64,000 bases of DNA from Phoronis australis (Eukaryota; Animalia; Phoronida). Position numbers and translations under genes: made by a program. Below are positions 48,341 to 60,335 of this stretch, piece by piece; position 1 is the first letter of the stretch, and each line of letters opens with the position of its first letter. The notes under the pieces are model-generated. The model did no database searches, was not told the origin of the DNA, and was given only the letters and a program-made list of their open reading frames with translations. The DNA lies in NCBI GenBank assembly GCA_002633005.1, contig NMRA01000020.1, forward strand, positions 1,579,589 to 1,643,588, read 5' to 3'.

Positions 48341-49279
48341 GCTCGCGACACATATATGCGTTTTTATGCGGCCACACATAGATGTGTGTGTGGCAGCATA
48401 AAAACGCAAGTGTACATTACGGTCCCTTGTGAATGAAGTGACACAATATATTTAACGTTTACGCACGTAACATTGTACAGCATCTATACAAAAGAGAGGA
48501 AGCCACAAGCTAGAATCAATCACAAGACAGAATTGCTAGAATCCAATCCAAAAGGAAATATCCTCTATTATAACGTTATCCAAGAATAAGGCGTAAACAA
48601 TCCCAAAAGTAAATCATGATAAAAAGAACGTTGATCTTATTATACAATTGTTTAACGTTTCGAGCACAGTTCATTCTCAAAAAGTTAAGGAATACAAGAC
48701 AAGGTCAAGATTGCACAGTTTATTTACTTAAAGCTACATATGTAGTTTGGCGAATACAACGGCTGAAATTCACGTATTTTTATGTTGTACATTGCAAGTA
48801 ATCATTTTATCCGGTTACAAAATATCCTCAAAGCCGCATGTCCATGCATTTTTTAACAATAATCGCCCTTTAAAATTTGTCTCGATTATTCTTAGACTGC
48901 AAGGCTCCGCGGCTTTGAAGATTATTTGTACTGCCATCAAAGGTGATGATACGTTTCGATTATAATAACTACGGAAAATTTGGTTTAATCTGAATATTAG
49001 CTGTCTCGTTCCACAAATTTTGGTCTAGAATGTAGATCCATGCTGTCATTCCTGGAACGCAAATGAACTGGTAAACAAAATTGTGGTTTGGCTACTCAAC
49101 GAATAACACTGGTATTCAGGAAAGTACCTCATTTTCCCGTAAGGCGGCCTTTTGCACACAATTCGTGGAATGTGTACGTATTTCGAGTAGAGATAATAAG
49201 CGCACGGGAGCGGAAGGACAGCCAGTACAACACCTAGCGCCACCTGTGGCCATGTGAACTCGATCCCAATGAAACTCAT
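44758..49279 (-). CDS. TEX264: TEX264-like protein (N-terminal TM + GyrI-like domain), 207 aa; complement(join(44758..44889,45701..45922,47619..47736,49128..49279))
   Basis: In-phase GT-AG splicing gives MSFIGIEFTWPQVALGVVLAVLPLPCAYYLYSKY...PPYGKMRIAYKFRIGPYNKC...IGIFYEDPMKVPPEKYRYVTGAIMSEGDD...APCRVYCKMDTYIRDKKLEWNPAIEIYDGESIQYMVPQDKGEQFCVPEVPYKSLKLD*. This matches recalled TEX264 motifs (VAYKFHMGLY, YYDNPHMVPPDKCRCAVGSILSEG, RVHPALDTYI, PRLEIY, FYVPE). Candidate polyA signal on the minus strand at 44624-44629. Confidence 0.85.
44956..45210. mobile_element. MITE with 5-bp TSD (CA(T/G)AGGCGGATC family)
   Basis: cgtaa|CATAGGCGGATTTAG...CTAGATCCGCCAATG|cgtat. Contains a gap N. Confidence 0.75.
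45305..45457. mobile_element. Harbinger-like MITE (uninterrupted copy)
   Basis: ttcagtaacgctaggacct...aggtcctagcgtctactgaa inverted ends. This is the empty-site counterpart of 52817-54410. Confidence 0.7.
46210..47046 (+). mobile_element. 5'-truncated L2/CR1-group (Crack/Daphne-like) LINE 3' end with poly(A), antisense in a TEX264 intron
   Basis: ORF C-terminus TLKTLYHCIIQPHIYYCLPVWG...IQNRAARAILG...YKCINGLAPAYL...GKRSFIYAAAIIWNSF. U-rich 3'UTR, stem-loop ggccctcttgg...gaagaggcc, and A30 tail at 47017-47046. Confidence 0.9.
48130..48410 (-). mobile_element. HINE-like element end with (CA)n(CG)n microsatellite and hairpin
   Basis: Hairpin tgcgtttttatgc.gccacaca..tgtgtggc.gcataaaaacgca at 48357-48408, next to about 60 bp of alternating purine-pyrimidine (48279-48342). 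Confidence 0.55.
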
Positions 49280-52200
49280 GCTGTAATTATCTGCAGTTGA
49301 CTGAGTCGCCTGTAAACAGATGCGTCGTAAATGTTACACATAAATTAGGTAGGTTCAATGGATAGGAAATGCAGTTGGCAACACTTGTCCATAGCTTGAA
49401 GTTCCTCCTCTCTAATATGGCGTTTACATTTTTCAGTTAAAACATAGAACTCTAGCCCTGGCATGCCAACTCTCGCAAGTGTGATCAATGTATTCTATTA
49501 GAACTTGCGACCCTGAGACTAGCCACGAGAGAGTTTACACTGTAAAATTCCGGCAGTCTGCTCGACTGAGTTTTGATCGAGTGTTGTAGTCATCAAATCA
49601 AGTCAATTTCAACGCGAAAAGTTTTAGCGATAGTAAATTTCATAGGAATAACCAACACCAGAACAAACGAATGCAAACAAATGCCACGCATGCCCGGCGC
49701 AACCACAGCAGCGAGAGATCCAAGTTGGCATTCCAGGACTAGAGCTCTCTATAGACCTTTCTTAATATTACCTCATGAATATTAAGAGGAAATCCAAAGC
49801 GAGGCTTATACTGATAAACTAGTTCATGCAGCCTCCTCTGTGCTGGCTGATCGATGGTGACCTTACCTTTGTTCCAAACATACATGTTACATTTAGCTTT
49901 GTGGAATCTTATTGTAAAAAGTCTTCATAGTCATCTGGCAAGAATTATCTGTCCAAAGGGCACAAGTACTCCAGTGAAAGTTACATAACTTCAGTAAGAA
50001 GTGAACACTTTTGTAGGCTACATAAACATTCTTCACTTGTTGTTGAGCTGTCAGCTGGTCAGGCATAGTAACTCTACATAGTCTATTTCATTGGATTTTT
50101 TGTTTCCCATGAAGAATTCAAAGATAACAACGAGTGGTAAGACTATTGTCTTAATTATAGTTAAAACATTTAGTGGAGTCAGTTTTATTTGTAAAGTCAT
50201 TAGATTATTTTGTCTGTCATCGATTCAATTGTTTGGGACATGGATTGAACATGGTGTTTCACTTACTCGTGTTTTCAACCAATCCACAGTGGTCTCTTGT
50301 TGTTCTTTATATCTGGATAGTTTAAAAACCGTAAACAAAGACAATAATATTATTTAACACTTGGTGGGTCATTTTTTTCTTCAATTTCTATGATCTCTTG
50401 CTTGATTACTCTGGAAACAGACTTGGACATATTTGACAGTGATGTTGTCACTGGCCCTGACCAAAGTTATTCTAGTTGCAAACTAACAGGGCCATCAAGA
50501 GGTGTAGTCACTGTTATGAGCCAAATGTACATTCTATGCTGATAAAAATAAATTGACAGAGTAATATTACACTGGATAAGTCTTGTCATTTGTTGCAAAA
50601 CCATACGTATGGTATCATTCATTCACAATAGGGCCTCCGAAGTTTGCTTAAAACATTGCATCTGTCCACAATTGATTTACTGAGCCAGTATTGTTCAAGN
50701 ATATTCTTGTTGGTAAAGAAATCGAACCCTATCATGATAAGAAATACTACGATACCAATTTTATGAGACAACAGAATATTAATAGGACGTGCTCACTTTA
50801 AAGATACACTGTGCCCTGCTTAGCTGGCTTCAAACAAAAATCGAGTTAGGTATTTTATTGTTTTCATGAAATTGACACCATAGACTATGGATTAATAATA
50901 ATGTTTATCGCGATAACATTCAATTTCCCTGACCAACAAGAGCATAGAAACCATTGGCGGCTCGCGAAAACGCTTCATAGTTTATTGGGGTTGGACAACC
51001 ACAAAAATGTGATCTCGGAAATGGTGCACGTGCGTATTTCCCATAACTTGAACTGGTCACGGAAAGAGAATTCGTTTTTGTCAGATAGAAATGGGGGTCA
51101 TGCTATTTTACTCATACGTTCATCGTGGTGGATAAAATTGGCGTGCCAGACAGTCGTGATGCACGACAAAAGACTGAGCGAGCACTTAATTAACAATGGA
51201 CACGATATAGCTAAGCCGCTCGATTTTGCGACATGCGGCTACACAATGCGATATCAGGATTTTGTTTGGTGACCACCCTAAGTCGGCACGAAGTCACCGA
51301 TTTATTGCTTCTTACATCCAACAGTCAGAAGTCAGTCAATTAGCCGCGAAATTTGAGGTGACTTCCACACCTTTAAAATTGGACATGTTCACTCATACTT
51401 TAATGCTCTGTTTATATCGTAAAACCACAATGCGTGACATCAGCACAAGCCAGAGTACGTGATCACACTACAACAGGAAGTAAACAGACCCGAATCGGAA
51501 ATGTTCGGCAAAAAACGACAGTGCAGCCATGCGCTAATTTGTTCCGTACGTTCTGCAACTTGGCATAACATGGGCGGCGCAACATTGATGCACCGCCTGT
51601 AAACCATGTGCAACGAAGCACTGAAAAAAGTGCATGAGGGTGATTTGCCCGCCGGAACACCCAAACATCAACAACGTACGTCAATTATTTCTTTATCTAG
51701 CCGAACGTTGACTTGGGGGAATTTTGCCATTAGGTCGCCTTGTCGTAACGTTAAGCGTCCATCTTCATGAGATTAATATCTTGTTTCGGAAAACGCACTG
51801 TCGTCAGGACTGAGTCAGTTGAAACTAGACAACAGATACATGCATTTGTAACGGAAGCTGCACTGGCGTTATTTTCCAATTTTAATAGTTAAAATAGTGT
51901 ACATATTTTATCTTATTTTAACCCGTCAATCGATGCAGCGCTCACTGAAATTTCATAGCAACAGGAAGGTTAGGCAATTCCATCGCCCTGGATGCCTCAG
52001 GCATGCAGGGGCGATAGTACATTCCCACAAAAAGTTACGAATTTCAAAATACAGGAAATAAAATCAAATGAAACATGCATATATGTACATGGAGTTACGA
52101 TTTAGTCAAGATAATATGAGCAGATTGACGAAAATCTGTCGCGGTTTGCTCGAGTTTCTTTTACCGGATGCCATTTTGGTAGAGTTAGGTGAAATCCGTC

Positions 52201-52816
52201 GCGCATGCACAAGGGACACAAATCTTATAAATTTCACCCGCTACCTTCCCATGCTATTTTCCACGTGTCACGCGCCAGCGTCACGCGCTTCGCTCAGTCT
52301 CGCGCTAGCCTTTACCCAACTCATGTGACTCTGTTAAAGTACTTTGTCGTTATCGCGTGCGTGGTGAAAAAGTTAACGGTGACCAAAAAAGTGGAGTTGG
52401 AATTCTTTGTCAAAGTCACCTTATGTCTCGCTTCATCAAAGATATGTGTAGAAGTAGAAAGGACCACTGAAGAAAGTGTGCGCTTTTTTAAGTGATAGTT
52501 TTGAGTGTGGAATGTATTTTGACGAGGTGAAAACTTATAATCGGTGACCGGATTTGGCCTACCGCCCAATTAAAATACACGGGATGAAATTCATACAGAA
52601 TAGAAAGCGATGGGAAGTATTGTAGCCCGCCCTAACAGCCCAACCGAGGGACTACAGGAAGGTTTGCATCTGTGAAAGGGGTAAATACAATTGCCAAGCG
52701 CATCCCTCACGTCCACACCACTGTCTTTGCTACCGTCGGACAGCTCGCCCTGAGTTCGGCACACTTCCAGCCAGCCAATTTAGCCTATTCCCCACCACCC
52801 CCACATGGGGAAGAGT

Positions 52817-54410
52817 CCAGTAACGCTAGGACCTCGCTAATTAGCAAGCCTTCGCGAGATATTGCCATGTATTTCATGGGCGCACCCGGGGGGGGGGGTG
52901 GGACTCGGGGGCCTCAGTCGAAGGAGACCCCCAATTTCGCGAATTGGGCAAAAAGGTCCGCCTCAGCGAAACAAAAAGTCCAAGTAAACGAGACAAAAAT
53001 CCACAAATCCCACAGGAATTCGGCTCGGATGCACAATCCGTAGGCCTGAACCTTAAGTAGGCAATGACCATCGCCTCTGCTGGCCCGAACCAGAGGCGAT
53101 GCAGCTCCTATAGGCGCTCCATACGCCGGAAGCTTTTCGGCGAATTATGCCTCTTACCGACTAAACCATCAAAGTCACGTTGTTATAAATACCTTTTGCG
53201 CATTGAGGAACACCTTAGGAGGTTGTCGATGTGTTTAATTCCTTCCAACTCGAACAAATACTCCCGTTACCAAACTTTTACTTCGAGCAATCCCTATTTC
53301 AGTTCCCAAAATCGTGAACTCAATATTTTCACTCGGCGTACTAGACCGGGATCCCAGAGCTTTTTTGGGCATGAAAAGGTAACCAATTTTCTTTGGTGCC
53401 ACAGTGCTCTATGGGTATCCTGATGCTTGGAAATGGCCGTCTGGCAGGTTCGCTCTGGTGGGTGTGGTCAGGGGAGCCAAGAGAATGACACTCGAAAATT
53501 GAGCTAGATCAACTTTTCTGGTAACCACTTCAAACTGCCTTGGATACCTACTACGTAATCCACTGTATCAAAATTGGCCACTGCCAGACAATTTCAGTGG
53601 TGGGGACTACCCGCCAGACGAACATATACAGGGTACAAAAATTGAGCTAGATCAATCCAAGAGGTAACCGCTTGAAACCAGTCGCAAAATTTTCACCATA
53701 AGCCCAGGTATCACGAATGAACACTGCCAGACAAATCTAGTGGTGGGTTACCCCCGCCAGACACGCCCAAATACCAGAATTGAGCTAGATCAATCCATCA
53801 GGTAACCGCTTGAAACCAATTGCACGATGTTCAGCATCACTGAACATGGCACAAAAGTTAGATGCCAGACAATTTCTGCGGTGGGGTGCCCTTGCCAGAC
53901 GATTATNAAAGGTCATGAAGTCACATCACCTAGCGAGCGCAGTAAAAATTGGAGCGTGCGCAGTATAAAAATGGTGAGTTCACGATTTTGGGAACTGAAC
54001 GTGTGACTGCTCGAACAAAAAGTTTGATAACGGAAGTATTTGTTCGAGTTGGAAAGAATTAAACACACCGCCAACCTCCTAAGGTGTCCCTCTACACGCA
54101 AAAGGTATTTACAACAACGTGACTTTCATGCTTTAGCCAGTGCGAGGCATATTTCGCCGAAAAGCTTCTGGCGTATGGAGCGCCTATAGGAGCTGCATCG
54201 CCTCTGGTTCGGGCCAACAGAGGCGATGGTCATTGCCTAGAACCTTGTGGCCCCGTTTTGTTAATCGTTTATTTTATTCCAGTAAAAGGGGTCCACACAC
54301 CGGAAAATTCGAGCCCCCCTATATTTTAGACTGGGTGCGCGCATGTATTTTAATTGAGAACACGTGACTTGGCTAGATTTTAGCGAGGTTCTAACGTAGG
54401 TCCTAGTCTA
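52817..54410. mobile_element. Four-level nested transposon cluster
   Basis: Outer Harbinger-like MITE (as 45305-45457) is split by a CATGGGCGCACCC element at 52875-54345 with TSD TATTT. That element is split by a long-TIR element at 53058-54239, which holds an insert of about 140-bp tandem repeats at 53341-53907. Confidence 0.8.
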
Positions 54411-55933
54411 GGACCTACCCCGTTTTACACTATTTTTCGGTTCTCTTCCCACCCCATAAACGGTCGGCCCTCGGCGCTCCCCGGTTCCAAATGAAGCTCA
54501 AAGCGATGTTTTGAGTGACGCAGAAACGTGTACTTGAACGATCACCGTGACTAAAAAAGTTACGTACCTTAAAAAGTTCAGGTGTTGAGCACCGTACGAA
54601 GCGATGTTGCTCTTCAAGAGGTCGAGAAAGGAGTGGCGTTAGCACAGCAAAACATTCAAATATCAGCGCTCAAAGACAGGCCTGCCTGAACAAGCTTGGC
54701 AAATCATTGTTTTTTAATCAGTATGATGACCTATATCGGGTACGGTAAGACACGGCGATGACCTAGATCTATTCTGTTCTCTAAAATTTACTCCATCGTT
54801 ACCGTTGAGCGATCACTTTAAAAATTTGTTTACGACCAACTAGCTGGATTTAATGCCCGGCGATTTGCCCCAATTACAACGTAAGCCAACACAAGAGTGC
54901 TTAGGGGGGTTAGTGAGGTATTTTTCGGATTGTGTATATTTTTCACCTGATCAGAGATAGTGCGTGGATGTTTTTGTTTGCGGATAATGTCGGCGTCAAG
55001 ACGGAAATAACCGAAAAGACATTGCCTCGACGCCGCCGGCGGAGAACCGACCGATCGTTGGCGAGTAGAGAGTGCCATGGAACTTCCCGGCAGTGAAAGG
55101 GACGAGTTGGAGCATCTCATGGCCAGGCAGTCTCACCTACATATGTAGGACGTGGAGATACCCGTAAAAATTAGGTATCATAAGATGCCGACTTAATACA
55201 TACACAAAACGTAGAGTGGCGTACTTCGGTCTCGATCGATACGCGGAATAATGTCTCGTGGGATATTACTTCATCAGGCCCATAGGAAGGAAAAAATTAT
55301 GGGGGGGGGGGGNCGTGCTCTGCTCTCTATGCCACCGTATTTGTACCGAATCTCCCACCTTCGCCCTAGATTCCATTTGGCAGTTCGGGGCCTCGAATTT
55401 CTGACAGGTAAAACCCTGGCTAACTCTGCTCTGCTCCCAACTCAAAATACTGGATCCGCCCCTGTTACAATCCTGGGGTTGAAGCCATCAAGAGTTGAGT
55501 ACCAGTGAACCAACACGGAGAGTAAGAATGGGCCTAGGACCAGTAAACTGACCATGCAGTAGCGAGGAGCTGCCTCAAGTAGCAAGAGCTGAAATTTAAC
55601 AGTGTGAAAATACGGAATTCCCGATGAACTAAAGCTAGTTACTGGTCAGCTCAACTGTGATTCACTTGAGACAGGCAGCTCTTACCGGTCGTCTGCGCTC
55701 GCTCTAAGGTCAAGATTCGTTTTAGTGTGATCCAGTTTCCGGAAAACTTTATTTCATTATGGTCAACCTTTGAAGGATTTTTTTTTTGAAAAAGTGAGGT
55801 CCCGAAGTCCCTGGTATAGTGCATTTGGAGCTGTTTAAAAATGCCTAGTTGAAACACGACCGGTAGTCCAGTTTCTGGTCCCTGTGGAAAAGGATAGTGT
55901 GTCCCCAAAATGTACACACTTCCTGAACGCCTG

Positions 55934-57084
55934 CAGCCGATTTCATAAAGGTGGTTTAACAAAACCAGGTTTAAGACTTAAACCTGGTCTTCCTAAACCT
56001 GGTCTAATTTTAGACCTAACTTGCATTTCACCAACATGGATTAAGAGTCTGAAAGCCTGGTTTTGCTAGACCAGGGAGCTGGTTCAGTAGACCCAGGTTT
56101 AAAGTATCAAAGGCACCCAGCTGGGTAAACCCAACAAAGAAACTATTGAAGTGCTTCAATGAAACCTTGATCACGTGGGTATAGAATGGCATACACCAGT
56201 AGAATCAGTGCAGACATTTACGACAAAGGTCTAAAAGCTTTTCTCATGAGGAAAAATGTAATTTGTGTGCCCAACACACACACATTAAAGAACATGCTCA
56301 CGGTTAGATGTAACATGATAAATGCCCAAATTTATTTCCGTGTCATTTTAGTTTTTATTTTTCGCGGCCAAGACCCCTTCCCGGCAACATTGAATTGGAG
56401 AACAGTGGAGGTGGAACTCAGTCAGAAGAATCAGAGGATGCTGTCTTAAGTCAAATCCGTAGGGCTTGCGACGATGAGATCTGCTCGACCAGTCGTATTC
56501 TGAGGAATCCGCAGGACACACTCCAGCACGTACTGGTCTACGCATAGGCGGATCCAGGGGGGTCAAGGGGTCCGGATCCCCCTTTTTCCCTTGCTTTTAA
56601 TGATATCAAATCTATAATTTTCAAATTGTTGACTTGGTCCCCCCTTTCAAAAAGTCCTTGACCGTCCCCTCTCCTTTAAAAAATCCTGGATCCGCCTCTG
56701 CTACGTTTGATCTCGTGTCGTAGTAAACCTGAATAATGAAAATAGTCCATTTTCGCTCTAAAACTGCGTCGCAATTGCACACCGCGGCATCGTTCAGTTG
56801 TACCCATACCATGCAAGTCTGACATATTTAACAGTTAAACCTGGGTCTGACCAAGTCTAAAGTTAAACATGGTTTAAGATCTTAATACAGGTCTAAAGAA
56901 TATAGACCTCATTTGTGAAATGAAAACTGACTTAGACCAGGCCTAAACTGGAGTTAAACCAGGTTTTACAAGACCACTGGTCTAAAAGTTAAACCACCTT
57001 TATGAAATGCAGATTATCATTAAACCTGGTCTAAGTCCAGTTTAAACCTGGTTTAACTTTAAACCACCTTTATGAAATCGGCTG
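55934..57084. mobile_element. PIF/Harbinger-type non-autonomous element, CTG TSD
   Basis: Perfect 25-bp TIR CAGCCGATTTCATAAAGGTGGTTTA. Filled site gc-CTG[element]CTG-gag versus empty site gcCTGgag at 3844-3851. Many AAACC(A/T)GGT(C/T)T subterminal motifs. Confidence 0.85.
56543..56700. mobile_element. 158-bp MITE with perfect 5-bp TSD CTACG, nested in the Harbinger element
   Basis: ctacg|CATAGGCGGATCCAGG...CCTGGATCCGCCTCTG|ctacg. Confidence 0.85.
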
Positions 57085-60000
57085 CTGGAGTTCAAATTCA
57101 GTTCCCGTGGATCATTGAGTGCATCGTTACATCTTATTTTTAACGTGGGTACGTCAGTCATGACATGCACGCAAATCAAGACAAGCAATCATCAATTCAG
57201 TTTTGAAGAACAAAAATTTATTGCTCAATACTACTGGAAACTTAGAACACCAAGGAAGTGCAAAGACAACCTTTCCAATCAATGAGTCTAATTTTATGTA
57301 TTTAATGATTTTTAAAGCGTTTTTTCAATCTACGGTTTGTGAGTCTGAATTTCATCAAAGTCTTTGAGAGTTATTTTAGATATACAAAAATCGTCTTTTA
57401 GTGAACATTACTATTTGGAGATCGGATTATAGAGTTTTCCAAATTCAGGCTGCAATTAATTCACCGAAACATCATCAGTTCTTACAAGATAAGCTCCTAA
57501 TTGTCAAAAACCATCTATGAATCAATAGATTTTCTTAGATACATAAGCAAATAAATCAGAAGCCAACGAATTTGCTTATCAAAACGGAGTGTTATAAGCA
57601 ACTTTGCGGAGGGGTGGGAATATGGGAGTTGCCGGGAGCATTTGTATTAAGGTGTATTTTGCTCATTTCAGAGAAACCTATAACGGTTCATGAGGTAAAC
57701 TTGAACTCCACTGACAAAAAATAAACGCTGAAATCTTTATGATTGCGAGAGTTCTTTGAGTACCCCCTTTCGACATGTACACGGACATCACTCATAGTAA
57801 CCTAGGCAGCAGTGTTTTCCACACGTGAGAATTCCTTACAAACAAGTAACTCAAAGTAACCATCTTCAAAAGAGATACTAATTCGTGTGATATTACGGGA
57901 AACAGTAACAATATTTTATAACTATTCATCGGAAATAGTCCTTTTGTGTAATTCACAAATAGTGGTCTTCACTTTCGTTAAAATTCCAGCCTTTCGATGG
58001 CGGCAATCCTACTCTATTTTTTCACATGTTTGGTTGTTTGGGTCGAATGGCTGTGCTGTGCACGAATGTTTTGTGTTTTTTGGTGAATTTTGAATCCAAC
58101 TTTCCATCGTGAATACTTGGAAGTGTCGGATTTACATCTATACAAACTGCTCCACCGAGAGAGGGTACCGTCAGAAATGGGACATCTGAAAAGTTAAACA
58201 TCATTAAGCTTGGAAAAAAGAGTGACAGTACATTCCACCGTCGTGAGGTCCCAAAACGATGCAGGGAGTGACCTTCAACATGAAAGCCGGTTGCACGATT
58301 TCACAAAAACAGGAAAATAAAGATAATCGATTTCAACATTGGGCCCTCTCTCCGTGAGCGGCCCCTTAAGAATTTGTCAATAAAAACACAAAAAGGGTGG
58401 CCACTTAAATGTCAGCAATGATCTCTTTCAAGTGCGGGGCCACTAAATATGAAAATGCTATATTTTCAAATGCCAGGAAATGCACTGCTATTGATGTTAT
58501 TTGTCAAGTCATCAATTTTTTTTCTCAAGTAATATACAGTTTCGAGAAAAAAAGAAAGCGAAAGTTGTCTCCGTTATCCCTTGCTAGAGAGAGGCATCTG
58601 GAGAAATATGGTTTTGCATTCGCAAAATGACTTATTGAATTTAAAAATGCAGTCAATTAGTATGCTCCGCAAAACCTTCGATTTACAAATTTTCTCGATT
58701 TTTCGAAGTATAGGTATGATTGATTTCTTGCACGTTTTCAAGATCGTTTTGACGACCTGTGTTGCAAAAGCGGAGACCCTAACTACAATTCCCTGGCCAG
58801 GGTCCTCAAAAGACCTATGAAATGTGATTTTCTGTGGACTCTTGTCTCGTTTTCTCGGACTTTTTGTTTCTCGTAGTCGGACCTTTTTGCCCATTTCGCA
58901 AAATGGGGGTCTCATTCGAGCTCCCGAGCCTCCCCCTGGGTGCGTGCATGGGTTTATTAAGGCAGTTGCTGCCGTTTAGGGGGATATGTATCCAGTGGTA
59001 GATTTTCAGCCAATTCTGTCACGGTTGATGTGGAATTTTCTTTATTCTATAGTTTCTATTAGAAATTGCTACTTATGATAATAATGCTAATTACTTTTAA
59101 AAAATGTAAAATATGCCACCTATCATGGATTTCCAAATGGCTGCCATCATGATCAAACCAAGGGCGAATGACATAGTTTTCGAGAATTTTATTAATGTAG
59201 TCTAGTTTTTAGTAATCATTTCAGCAGCTCTACGGACCATTTGATTGTGTGGTTACTTTCAATTACATCAAAACCCACTGAAAAAATCTCTGTAATTTAC
59301 GGTCTATTTGAAATTTGTACTGTATTTTGCAGAGGCATAATTGCATTGTCATTCTGGTCGAAGCTTGTTGACAGGGGCTCAACGACTTGAGCGGAAACCG
59401 CTTAAATCTGCAAGTTATAGGTACAGTTAGCCCAAGTCAGCATGTGAAAAATTTCATTCATTATTACTGCCTACGAATTCTAGGCGAGCAATAGGCCTAC
59501 TTAGCATCTCCGGTAATATCTCTGTTATACAGCTTACGTCATGTTGGGGAAAATCCTATGGTCGGAAACTTCCGTGGCTACATAATGACGATGGAGGAGA
59601 GTCAACCAGCAGCCCGTTGCTTAACTTTTCAATCGTTTTCGTGACCATTATTTAGAGGTTTTGGTTAGCCAACTAGTCGTATGTCACCCCTAAATGCGTG
59701 TTTTGAAGCTTTTCGGGGTCGGTATCGGACTGAAAACTCCGGGACAGATTCTGGTAGGCCTGGTACTTGAAATGATTAAGAAGGAAAATTTTTGAAAAAT
59801 TCATTGTTTGCGGAACTGGTCTGAATCTACATGTTACAAATGTGCTCTGAAATTTCGTTTCAGGAGAATTGACACCAGAAGAGAAGTTTATGGTAAATCC
59901 TGTGTTGTGTCAGCGTTTAATTGTTTTTGTAAATTGCTATTTAATTATGTTAGGTAAGCCTTGTGGCTTTTATTTACCTTTGGTATTCGCATAGCCGAGC

Positions 60001-60335
60001 CCTGATTACGAATTCTCCGGGTTCGAACTCAATTGTTGCTTTCAAAGTTAAACATTGTTGTATTGCGATCCGTTATATGACGACGAGGACTCGTACCTTT
60101 GCCCGTGATGGATTAAATTTATGGCTACAGTCCCGAGTGAGTTCTAGTTGTCCAAGTTCTGAGCCAAAGAGTTTGACAAACTTAATTCGGATTTGTTTTG
60201 GGGTCTTGCAATGCTCATGTTCGGGACTCCGTGACTCAATGAGTTGTTAACGTATGGTTTACAGGCGGCTGTCTTATCCTGACCGCCCGGCGCCGCTCAC
60301 TTCCTGTAGCTTGAAACATGCTCACGGTACGCAAT

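Larger units (their letters stand above)
55275..58800 (+). mobile_element. About 2.6 kb non-autonomous DNA transposon, copy 2 (interrupted)
   Basis: Colinear with 3102-5545. The right end is replaced by a reverse CATG..GCACCC-family MITE at 58803-58950. Confidence 0.8.

Noticed and set aside
48063-48436. Overlapping ORFs with VCVC/HTHT runs
   Set aside because: These are translations of the (CA)n(CG)n microsatellite.
53490-53905. Regularly spaced repeats that could be mistaken for a CRISPR array
   Set aside because: Whole units of about 140 bp are mutually similar (no unique spacers), they lie inside a TIR element in an animal genome, and there are no cas genes.
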